A DNA stretch of 41,470 nucleotides from Isosphaeraceae bacterium (lineage in GTDB: Bacteria > Planctomycetota > Planctomycetia > Isosphaerales > Isosphaeraceae), in NCBI GenBank assembly GCA_965201075.1, contig CBDAVP010000003.1:186001-227470 (forward strand). Reading direction: 5' to 3'. Shown piece after piece: positions 30,230 through 41,470 of the stretch. The first letter of the stretch is position 1. Each line of letters opens with the position of its first letter. The position numbers and the translations under genes are program-made. The notes beneath the pieces are model-generated. The model was not told where the DNA came from and made no database searches. It saw only the letters and a list, made by a program, of their open reading frames with translations.

Positions 30230-31459
30230 TCAGATTCCGCCGAGGACCCGGGCGCGGCCGACCCGGGAGATGGCGAGCATGAAGGCGGCGGTGCGGAGGG
30301 GCACCCCCTTGCGCTGGGCGAGTTCGTGGACCTTGGCGAAGGCGGCGACGAGGCGGGATTCTTCCTCAAGACGGACCTGCTCCAGCGACCAGCGGAAATG
30401 CTGGAGGTTCTGGACCCACTCGAAGTAGCTGACAATGACGCCGCCCGCGTTGGCCAGGATGTCGGGGACCACCGGGATGCCGCGTCGCTGGAAGACCTCG
30501 TCGGCCTCGGGCCAGGTGGGTCCGTTGGCGGCCTCGACGATGATCCCCGCGCGGACGGCCTCGGCGGTCCGGGCGTCGAAGACTCCTCCCAGGGCCGCGG
30601 GGATCAGGACGTCGACCTCGGCGGTCAAGAGTTGCTCGTTGGTGCCGGCCTCCCCCCCCTTGAAGCCGACAACCTTGCGGCTGGCCGCGACGTGGGCGTC
30701 GAGCGAAGGGATGTCGATCCCCTCGGGCTGGAACAGGGCTCCATAGGCGTCGGAGACCGCGACGATGATGCCTCCTTGCTCGTGAAGAAATCGGGCGGTG
30801 AAACTACCGACGTTGCCGTAACCCTGGATGGCAAAAGAGGTCCCGCGAATTTCGCGGTTCTGGCGGGCGAGCATTTCCCGGCAGCAAAGGGCCACGCCGA
30901 AGCCGGTCGCGTCCTCGCGGCCGGCGGAGCCGTGCAACTCGACGGGCTTGCCGGTGACGCAGGCGGGATTGTGTCCGTGGAACTTGGCGAACTCGTTGTT
31001 GATCCAGGCCATGACCTGGGCGTCGGTGCCGACGTCGGGCGCGGGGATGTCCTTGTCGGGTCCGATGAAGTCGTGGACCTGCTGGACGAACCGGCGCGTT
31101 AGTCGCTCCAGTTCTCCCCGGGAGAGCTTGGCGGGGTCGCAGTTGATTCCCCCCTTGCCGCCGCCGAAGGGAATGTCGACCACGGCCGTTTTCCAGGTCA
31201 TCAGGCTGGCCAGGGCGCGGGCCTCGTCCTGATCGACGTGGGGGTGATACCGCAAGCCGCCCTTGAATGGGCCACGGGCGTTGTCGTGCTGAACGCGGTA
31301 GCCAATGAAGTTGCCGATCTGGCCGGAATCCATCTCGATGACCAATTCAACCCGGAGTTCGCGATCCGGAGTGATCATCAGCGTGCGCATGTTATCCGAG
31401 AGGTCCAGCAGCGCGGCCGCCTTCTCAAAGTAGTAGTTGGTGGCTTCGAAGGCTTTCAT
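30230..31459 (-). CDS. gdhA: Glu/Leu/Phe/Val dehydrogenase (glutamate dehydrogenase)
   Basis: RGPFKGGLRYHP, MTWKTA, PFGGGKGG, DIPAPDVGT, QGYGNVG, EAANGP, NAGGVIVSYFEW. Confidence 0.95.
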   Translation of the reverse strand: MKAFEATNYYFEKAAALLDLSDNMRTLMITPDRELRVELVIEMDSGQIGNFIGYRVQHDNARGPFKGGLRYHPHVDQDEARALASLMTWKTAVVDIPFGGGKGGINCDPAKLSRGELERLTRRFVQQVHDFIGPDKDIPAPDVGTDAQVMAWINNEFAKFHGHNPACVTGKPVELHGSAGREDATGFGVALCCREMLARQNREIRGTSFAIQGYGNVGSFTARFLHEQGGIIVAVSDAYGALFQPEGIDIPSLDAHVAASRKVVGFKGGEAGTNEQLLTAEVDVLIPAALGGVFDARTAEAVRAGIIVEAANGPTWPEADEVFQRRGIPVVPDILANAGGVIVSYFEWVQNLQHFRWSLEQVRLEEESRLVAAFAKVHELAQRKGVPLRTAAFMLAISRVGRARVLGGI

Positions 31460-31660
31460 GCGGCGGTCCGGAGGGAGGTCCGATTCGACGGGATCGACCA
31501 GAGGGTCGTGGAAGGTTCGCGGTCGGCCCGATGGTAACGGACTTTAGCTGGGCCCCGCAATCTCCAGGGGAATCGGACCCGCCGGGAGATTGGGGTCTGG
31601 GTGAGGTTGGTCCATTTTACGGGTTGGGAAAACCTTGGCTTAAGCGAGTTCCGGGGGATT

Positions 31661-31675
31661 TGGCATGGAGCGTGC
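31661..31675 (+). promoter_or_regulatory. Candidate sigma-54 (-24/-12) promoter
   Basis: TGGCATGGAGCGTGC = GG-N10-GC with TGGCA and TGC cores, ~200 nt upstream of ATG 31872. Confidence 0.5.
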
Positions 31676-31871
31676 GGCCGTAGGTGTGCGACCCTGTTGA
31701 AGGGTTGAGCCATGAGACGACTTTTTCCTGACAACCGACACAACTCGCGCCGACGACCGGCTTGGGCCGCGGATGGCCTGAGGCCGTCGGGCGTTGCGGG
31801 CGATCATCCTGAGGACGGGCAACCCTCTCCAGGCCCGTCTCGCGAAGGCACAACTGGGGATGGAGGACGGG

Positions 31872-33983
31872 ATGCGGAAGCGACAAACCTGGTTGTGGGG
31901 GCTGGCTTCGGTCGCCCTGGTAGGCGCCGCACCGGCGGCCCCGAGCTATTTCAGCGTGGAACAGGTGATTCAGCGCGTTCGGGAGGAATGGACGAAGCCT
32001 GGGGCCTCGGCCCAACCGAACGCTCCGGGGTGGAACGCGTACTTCGACGCCGTGGAGGCCGACCTGAAGGGGTATGGCTCCGCGAAGTCGGATGATGAGC
32101 AGTTGAAGTCGCTGGGCCGGCTGTATCAGGAATCAGTCGCCCTGAGCCGCGTATCGTGGGGTCCGGCGGGCGAGATTCGCGAAGGGTTGCGCCACTGGCT
32201 TCGGCCCCGCGTGCGGCTTGCCTGGGCGGCCCGGCACCTGACCGACGCGGTCAAGGGGTTGCCGGCGACCGGCGACGAGGCCGCGAAGGAGAATCGGGAC
32301 CGCTGGGTGGGTTTTGTTCAGAACGACCTGGGCTCGGCCCTGCAAGCTTATGAGGGAGCGGCCACGGTCAAGGAGCGTCAAGAGGGCTTGAAGAAGGTGT
32401 ACGCCGCCCTTCACGCCCTGGATGAGGGTAACCGCTCCCGGCCCTGGGGTTATTCCCGGGATCTCCAACTGGCGCTGGACGACCTGTTCAACCGGCCAAA
32501 CCTGGACGCCACGGCCGACGTTGCCTCGCTCAGTCCGGCCCTGAACACCAATATCGTGGAGTCGGGGCCAATCGACTTCAAGGGACAGCGGTCCTATGTC
32601 ACGGCCGGGCCCAAGGTTGGCTTTGGATTGCTGCCCAGCAATGACGGCATCCTGTTCTACAACATTCAGGCATTGACCAACGTCACGCCCATCAGCGGAT
32701 ACCAGCAGCAGGTCGCCTCCGACCCCAAGGGGAAACGGGCGGCGAAACTTTACCAGTTCAACGCGACCTCCACAGACCACGCCCAGTTGACGATCACCGC
32801 GATTCTACGCCCGAGCGGGCTGGCGGTGGCACCGAGTTATCTGCACCACGTGGGAGCGGCGGTCAATTCCAACCCGATCCAGGGGAAAGGGTTGGGTCGC
32901 GCGGTAGCGTCCCTGGTGGGGCTCAACCAGGGCAAGATCACGGACAAGGTTTATCAGGCATCGGTGGGCAAGATTGTTCAGGGCGTGGCCGATGGAGCCG
33001 CGGAACTTGGTCAGATCAAGGCGGGGCAGGCCGCGGCCCAGAAGAATGCGCAGTTGGCCAATGTCCTGGTGGGCAATGACACGGCCAGGGTGAAAGAGGT
33101 TGAGATCACCGGTCTCAGTCTGGCGTCCCGTGCCGAGGGAGCTACCATCGGGGGAACGATCCGCTGGATGGGCGCCGAGGAGCAAGTTGGAGCCGATGCC
33201 CCTCAGCCCGCCTCCTTGAATACCTACCAGGGGGGAGTGACGGCTGATATCCACCTGGCCTCGATTCTCACCAACCTGGCTCGAGGCTACATCCAATCAC
33301 CCGATGCCCAGGGGATCGAGAACCTTCTGGTCGTGACCAAGAAACTGCCCCCAGGCGCTTCGCCGACCGAGGGGATTGCCACGACCCGCAATGCCGATTA
33401 CGCCACATTCTTGAAGGCGGCCGAGGAATCGGCCGCGGTCAATGACCCCAAGGTGCTGGCCTTGAGAGTGAAGCGGCCGGGTCGGTCTCCCGAGTTCGCC
33501 GCCGACAAGGACGGACATCTCGTCGCCCTGGTGCACGACTTCCTCATCGAAGTGCCCGCGCCTCCTTCAGCGGCGAAGGGCGGGTTGGCCGGTCCCCCGG
33601 CGCGGATTTACCGGATCACGGCGCCCGACGCGGAGTTCGACATCGAGTTCCACGTCGAGCCGATGACCCCCTCCGGACCACTGCGTCTGGCCGGGAAGAT
33701 CGCGGGGTTTGACGCCGGGCCAGGTGCCCAGGTCTTCGCCCTGAATGAGTCCGAGACCGAGGCGACCCCGTTGCCGGCGTTCACCAACTCCCTGGTTTTG
33801 AGCGTCTTTGGCAACAAACTGACGGGGCAGCCGATCGACGTGCCCCTGGGCAACATCAATCTGCCGGGATTCACCCTGACCGGAGTTTCTCCCCTGGATC
33901 CGTCCGGGTGGATCCGGTTCAACCTGATGCCGACCGGCGCCCCCGTGGCGGTGGCTCCGCCCCAGGTCGCCGGCAACCCCTGA
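31872..33983 (+). CDS. Large secreted hypothetical protein (~700 aa)
   Basis: GGAGG RBS; MRKRQTWLWGLASVALVGA signal peptide; long ORF with coding-like codon use; no family recognised. Confidence 0.85.
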   Translation: MRKRQTWLWGLASVALVGAAPAAPSYFSVEQVIQRVREEWTKPGASAQPNAPGWNAYFDAVEADLKGYGSAKSDDEQLKSLGRLYQESVALSRVSWGPAGEIREGLRHWLRPRVRLAWAARHLTDAVKGLPATGDEAAKENRDRWVGFVQNDLGSALQAYEGAATVKERQEGLKKVYAALHALDEGNRSRPWGYSRDLQLALDDLFNRPNLDATADVASLSPALNTNIVESGPIDFKGQRSYVTAGPKVGFGLLPSNDGILFYNIQALTNVTPISGYQQQVASDPKGKRAAKLYQFNATSTDHAQLTITAILRPSGLAVAPSYLHHVGAAVNSNPIQGKGLGRAVASLVGLNQGKITDKVYQASVGKIVQGVADGAAELGQIKAGQAAAQKNAQLANVLVGNDTARVKEVEITGLSLASRAEGATIGGTIRWMGAEEQVGADAPQPASLNTYQGGVTADIHLASILTNLARGYIQSPDAQGIENLLVVTKKLPPGASPTEGIATTRNADYATFLKAAEESAAVNDPKVLALRVKRPGRSPEFAADKDGHLVALVHDFLIEVPAPPSAAKGGLAGPPARIYRITAPDAEFDIEFHVEPMTPSGPLRLAGKIAGFDAGPGAQVFALNESETEATPLPAFTNSLVLSVFGNKLTGQPIDVPLGNINLPGFTLTGVSPLDPSGWIRFNLMPTGAPVAVAPPQVAGNP

Positions 33984-34013
33984 GCCTGCCGACCCCAAAT
34001 CCGCGTTCACCCG

Positions 34014-34051
34014 ATCGCCCCGGCCCTCCAAGGTCGGGGCGATTGCGTTTT
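34014..34051 (+). terminator. Rho-independent terminator
   Basis: ATCGCCCCGGCC/GGTCGGGGCGAT stem (one G-U) followed by TGCGTTTT. Confidence 0.6.
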
Positions 34052-34333
34052 GAGGCCAGGGAAATTTGACTCGCAGAGGAGAATCGGGCGATTCCCGAAG
34101 TTGAGAATCCGATTCTCTCAGAACAGAAAATCGACGGGCCGGATTTGAATCAACACGATCGCGAATGGGCTGGGTTTGCTGGGGATTTCCTTCTTCCTTG
34201 GATCAATCTCTATGAGTTTCGCGACGAGGCCCCTGGTTTGCTTTCGATGAAGGTCAGCACTCGAAAGAGCGGGTCTCCGACGAAGGAGACGGCAGAAAAC
34301 GTCCCGACCGGAGTGAGTCTGGGGGGCGGGCCC

Positions 34334-34361
34334 TTGAAAGTGGGCAACGTCGCGGTATGGT
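34334..34361 (+). promoter_or_regulatory. Candidate sigma-70 promoter of the act operon
   Basis: TTGAAA-16 nt-TATGGT, 55 nt before the actA ATG. Confidence 0.5.
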
Positions 34362-34416
34362 GCGTGGGCGGTTCGCGTCACCGCGATGATCAAGGCAGTA
34401 CCAGGCGGGGGCGCTC

Positions 34417-35096
34417 ATGGCGCAGATTTTCCACCGGAGCATGAACACCCTGGCGAGGATCAGCATCCTCGCCGGAGCGTTTACCGCGGCAGGTTTCGTC
34501 GGCCTGGTTTACCTCTATAACCAATCACCGCTCCAAACCAATGTGGGCTTGATCCGCAACCAACCCGTGCCTTTCAGTCACGAACACCACGTGAGGGGCC
34601 TGGGAATTGATTGTCGGTATTGCCACACCACGGTTGAGACCACGGCAATCTCGGGCGTTCCGCCGACCTACACGTGCATGAGCTGCCACTCGCAGATCTG
34701 GACCGGCAGCCCAATGCTTCAGCCGGTGCGTACGAGTTTGGCCGAGGACAAGCCGCTGAAATGGTCGAAACTGCACGACTTGCCCGACTTTGTGTATTTC
34801 CATCATGGCATCCACGTCCAGAAGGGGATCGGCTGCGTCGAGTGTCACGGCCGAATTGACACGATGCCGCTGGCCTACAAGGATAAGCCGCTGACGATGG
34901 AGTGGTGCCTGGACTGCCACCGGGAGCCCGAGAAGCGAATTCGGCCCAAGGAGCAGGTTGTCAACATGGAGTGGAAGGCTGAGGACGAGAAAGGCGCGGA
35001 CGGCAAGCCAATGACCCAGGAAGCCCTGGGGAAGAAGCTCGTCCACGATTACCACATCCCGGTCGACCGGCTCACCAATTGCTCGACGTGCCACCG

Positions 35097-35100
<4 letters not shown>
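34417..35100 (+). CDS. actA: Alternative complex III pentaheme cytochrome c subunit
   Basis: N-terminal TM anchor (MAQIFH...), five CXXCH motifs (CRYCH, CMSCH, CVECH, CLDCH, CSTCH), QPVPFSHEHH. Confidence 0.95.
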
Positions 35101-38345
<3,245 letters not shown>

Positions 38346-38349
38346 CCCG

Positions 38350-39828
38350 ATGGCGACCGAAGAGCCCGAGATCACCGAGCCGCCGCCCGGGGATTACCCG
38401 GTCCTGGGTCCCGGTGCGCACACCTATGCCTCGGTCACCGACCAGATTGGCGGCGACGTCCTGAAGCGGCCCTACCAGAAGGGCTGGCTGCTGGGCCTGG
38501 CGATCGCCTTCGGCATGCTCAACATGCTGATGATCGCCGTCACCTATCTTTTCTACATGGGCGTGGGCGTCTGGGGCATCAAGACGCCGGTCATGTGGGG
38601 ATTCGCGATCGTCAACTTCGTCTGGTGGATCGGTATCGGCCACGCTGGGACTTTGATCTCGGCAATCTTGCTCCTGTTGAAACAGGAGTGGCGGACGTCG
38701 ATCAACCGGTTCGCCGAGGCGATGACGCTCTTCGCGGTCTCATGCGCGGGGATGTTCCCGATCTTGCACCTGGGCCGTCCCTATCTGTTCTACTGGCTGA
38801 TGCCCTACGCCAATACGATGGGGATGTGGCCCCAGTGGCGCAGCCCTTTAATCTGGGACGTTTTCGCGGTCACGACTTACGCCACGGTTTCCCTGCTCTT
38901 CTGGTATGTCGGACTGGTTCCCGACCTGGCCAACCTTCGCGACCGGGCCCGCAACAAGTTCGCCAAGATTGGTTATGGCATGGCGGCCCTGGGGTGGCGG
39001 GGATCGGCCCGTCACTGGAGCCGCTACCAAACGATCTACGTGTTGCTGGCGGGGTTGTCGACGCCGCTGGTCGTGTCGGTGCATACGATCGTCAGTTTCG
39101 ACTTCGCCGTGGGCATCGTGCCGGGTTGGCACACCACGATTTTCCCGCCCTACTTCGTCGCCGGGGCCATCTATTCGGGCTTCGCGATGGTCGTGACGTT
39201 GATGTTGCCGCTGAGGTACTTCTACAACCTGCGAGCCTACATCACCGAGAAGCACATGGACAGCATGGCCAAGATCATGCTGGCTACCGGGCTGCTCGTG
39301 GCGTATGGCTACGGGATGGAATACTTCATGTCCTGGTACGGCGACAACACCTATGAAAAGTTCTTGAGCCTTGATGAGCGGGTGCGGGGTTATTATAGTC
39401 ACACCTACGCGATGTTGATCTTGTTCAACATCCTTATGGTCCAGTGCTTCTGGTTCAAGTGGGTGCGGACCAATGTTTACATCCTCTGGCTGGTCTCGAT
39501 CATCATCAACATCGGGATGTGGCTGGAACGTTACGTCATCATCGTGGTGAGTCTTCAGAAGGATTTCCTGCCCTCGTCCTGGAACGTCTACCATGGGACG
39601 ATCTGGGACTACATGACCTATTTCGGGACGCTTGGCCTGTTTGGGACGTTGATCTTCCTGTTCGTGAGATTTCTGCCGGCGATTTCGATCACCGAGATGA
39701 AGGAACTGGTCCACCAGAAGCAGGAGCAGGCTCACAGCCGGGCGACGGCTGATCGGTCGGCCGGGACGCTCGGCGGTGGGACATTGCCTGGTACGGCCCA
39801 CGCCCATCCGGAAGGGGGTCACCGATGA
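38350..39828 (+). CDS. actC: Alternative complex III ActC (NrfD/PsrC-family quinol-binding membrane subunit)
   Basis: NFVWWIGIGHAGTLISAIL, WRTSINRFAEAMT, HLGRP, SPLIWDVFAV, SVHTIVSFDFA, GMWLERYVII. Confidence 0.96.
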   Translation: MATEEPEITEPPPGDYPVLGPGAHTYASVTDQIGGDVLKRPYQKGWLLGLAIAFGMLNMLMIAVTYLFYMGVGVWGIKTPVMWGFAIVNFVWWIGIGHAGTLISAILLLLKQEWRTSINRFAEAMTLFAVSCAGMFPILHLGRPYLFYWLMPYANTMGMWPQWRSPLIWDVFAVTTYATVSLLFWYVGLVPDLANLRDRARNKFAKIGYGMAALGWRGSARHWSRYQTIYVLLAGLSTPLVVSVHTIVSFDFAVGIVPGWHTTIFPPYFVAGAIYSGFAMVVTLMLPLRYFYNLRAYITEKHMDSMAKIMLATGLLVAYGYGMEYFMSWYGDNTYEKFLSLDERVRGYYSHTYAMLILFNILMVQCFWFKWVRTNVYILWLVSIIINIGMWLERYVIIVVSLQKDFLPSSWNVYHGTIWDYMTYFGTLGLFGTLIFLFVRFLPAISITEMKELVHQKQEQAHSRATADRSAGTLGGGTLPGTAHAHPEGGHR

Positions 39829-40373
39829 GCCACGACCACGAGCTGGCGGGACCCTTCGGTCTGCTGGCGGAGTTCGAGACCCCCGAGGCCCTCCTGGTAG
39901 CGGCCCACAAGGCGTATGCCGAGGGGTATCGTAAGCTGGATGCGTATTCGCCATTCCCCGTCCACGGGTTGGCCAAGGCGATCGGCTTTCCCCGCAACAA
40001 CATGTCGCTGATCGTACTGATCGCGGGTGTTTGCGGTGGCCTCGCGGGATTCGGGATGCAATGGTTCTCGGCCTCCTACCATTACCCGATCATCGTCGGC
40101 GGGCGTCCTTACCTTTCCTGGCCGTCGTTTTTCCCGATCACCTTTGAACTGACCGTCCTGTCGGCGGCGTTTGGGGCGGTCTTCGGCATGTTCGGTCTCA
40201 ATGGGCTGCCGCAGCCGTACCATCCTCTGTTCAACGCGCCGAGTTTTGCCGCCGCGAGCAGTGATCGCTTCTTCCTGAGCATTGAGGCGGACGACCCCAA
40301 GTACGACGCCGAGGCGACAACCCGCTTCCTGGAAGGGCTGCACCCGATGTCCCTCTGCGTGGTGGAGCGCTGA
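39825..40373 (+). CDS. actD: Alternative complex III ActD (DUF3341)
   Basis: GLLAEF, DAYSPFPVHG, YPIIVGGRP, FELTVL, LPQPYHPLF; ATGA overlap with actC. Confidence 0.94.
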   Translation: MSHDHELAGPFGLLAEFETPEALLVAAHKAYAEGYRKLDAYSPFPVHGLAKAIGFPRNNMSLIVLIAGVCGGLAGFGMQWFSASYHYPIIVGGRPYLSWPSFFPITFELTVLSAAFGAVFGMFGLNGLPQPYHPLFNAPSFAAASSDRFFLSIEADDPKYDAEATTRFLEGLHPMSLCVVER

Positions 40374-41075
40374 TGACCGGAACACCTCCAACACTGGCCC
40401 CTGCCACTACCCCGGGCCCTGGGTCTGCGACTGGCCGCCGCGGCGGGTTTGGTCGTGATGGCCGCCGGCTCCGGTTGTCGTCACGAAATGTACGACCAAC
40501 CGCGTTACGAGCCGCAAGAGGCCAGCAGCTTCTTCCCGGATGGTGAAGCGAACCGGCCCCTGGAAGTGGGTGCTGTCGCTCGGGAAGAGCCCGGCACGAC
40601 CCTGCGGACCGATTTACATCTCTACAAAGGGAAGGTCGACGGCAAGGACGCGGATGCCCTGCCCAAGCAGGTCGAGTTCAACCGCGAGTTGCTGGTCCGT
40701 GGTCAGGGGCGATTTCGAATCTATTGCACCCCTTGCCACGGCGAGCTCGGCGATGGCAAGGGGATGATCGTTCAGCGAGGGTTTACCCCGCCGCCGCCGT
40801 TCTACGGTCAGTATGTCGCCAAGGATTTGACCGGGTCGGTTCCCACCTACAAGGATTTGCGGGAGGCTCCGCTGGGGCACTTCTTCGAGGTCATCTCCAA
40901 CGGCCACGGCGCGATGTATTCGTATGCCTCCCGGGTGGCGGTCAAGGATCGCTGGGCGATCGCCGCCTACATCCGGGCCTTGCAGTTGAGCCAGGGGGCG
41001 GGGGTTGAGGAACTGAAAGGGATCAAGGACCCGACCGACGATGAGCGTCGGTTGGTCCAGGAGGCGGGTCGATGA
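40373..41075 (+). CDS. actE: Alternative complex III ActE monoheme cytochrome c lipoprotein (start ambiguous, possible frameshift near 40410)
   Basis: GSGC lipobox, MYDQPRYEP, YCTPCHG heme motif, GHGAMYSY, DRWAIAAYIRALQLSQ. The coupled ATG at 40373 is out of frame with the body, and the first canonical in-frame start is TTG 40449. Confidence 0.9.
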
Positions 41076-41470
41076 GCCTCGGTGAGTCGTTGCCCCCATC
41101 CCTGGGACGCTTGAAGGTGCCCGCCCTGGTCGCCGGAGTCGCCGGCCTAGCCGTCTGTCTGCTGGCCGGTTTGACCATGCCGGCGCGGGCCTTGCCGGCC
41201 TATCTGGTCGGATTTCTTTTCTGGTTCGGCATCGCTCTGGGTGGTCTGGCCCTCTCGATGCTTCACCGCCTGGTCGGGGGCGCCTGGGGCCTGATCGCCC
41301 GCCGGCCGATGGAGGCCGCCTCGCTGACCATGCCGGTGCTGGCCTTGCTATTCGTCCCGATCTTCCTCGGCCTGGGGACGCTCTACCCTGAGTGGGCTGT
41401 GCCGTCCGACAAAGTCCACACTCTCGCCCGCTCCGTCCAGCACAAAATCTCGTATCTCAACGCCAACTTT
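41072..41470 (+). CDS. actF: Alternative complex III ActF membrane subunit, partial
   Basis: Not in ORF track. ATGA overlap with actE; MSLGESLPP...AYLVGFLFWFGIALGGLALSMLHRLVGGAWG...RRPMEAA...LLFVPI...LYPEW; open to window end. Confidence 0.9.
   Translation, partial: MSLGESLPPSLGRLKVPALVAGVAGLAVCLLAGLTMPARALPAYLVGFLFWFGIALGGLALSMLHRLVGGAWGLIARRPMEAASLTMPVLALLFVPIFLGLGTLYPEWAVPSDKVHTLARSVQHKISYLNANF

Overview
GC-rich chromosomal window that looks like a planctomycete, probably Isosphaeraceae-like. This is inferred from the DUF1559 prepilin-like gene, Tat-exported ThuA domain, ExeA-like ATPase and alternative complex III. Most of it is housekeeping or planctomycete-typical. In order: a partial NtrC-type sigma-54 response regulator, a secreted TlpA-like protein, a GT2-like gene, an ABC-2 pair split by an opposite-strand membrane protein, an ExeA-like ATPase, a small lipoprotein plus DUF1559, a frameshifted polyprenol-P-mannose synthase, STAS, mutS, DUF72, msrA, a PfkB kinase, an M32 peptidase, a RelE/ParE toxin-antitoxin pair, ThuA, a CPBP protease, tyrS, a Gfo/Idh/MocA oxidoreductase, an LpxL-like acyltransferase, an RRM protein, rpsU, purB, a glutamate dehydrogenase, a large unknown secreted protein and the actABCDEF operon running off the right end. 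I found no rRNA, tRNA, CRISPR array or transposase. The best candidate for something undescribed is a ~147-nt multi-hairpin element closed by a 17-bp stem at 11053-11199, a possible ncRNA with partial 6S-like features. Other oddities are two apparent +1 frameshifts (ppm1-like and actE), a CXXC-less redoxin, a DxD-less GT2 with a 489-nt antisense overlap, an unannotated small protein and a sigma-54-like promoter on the unknown secreted protein. All calls are by eye from the sequence and ORF track, and no database searches were run.
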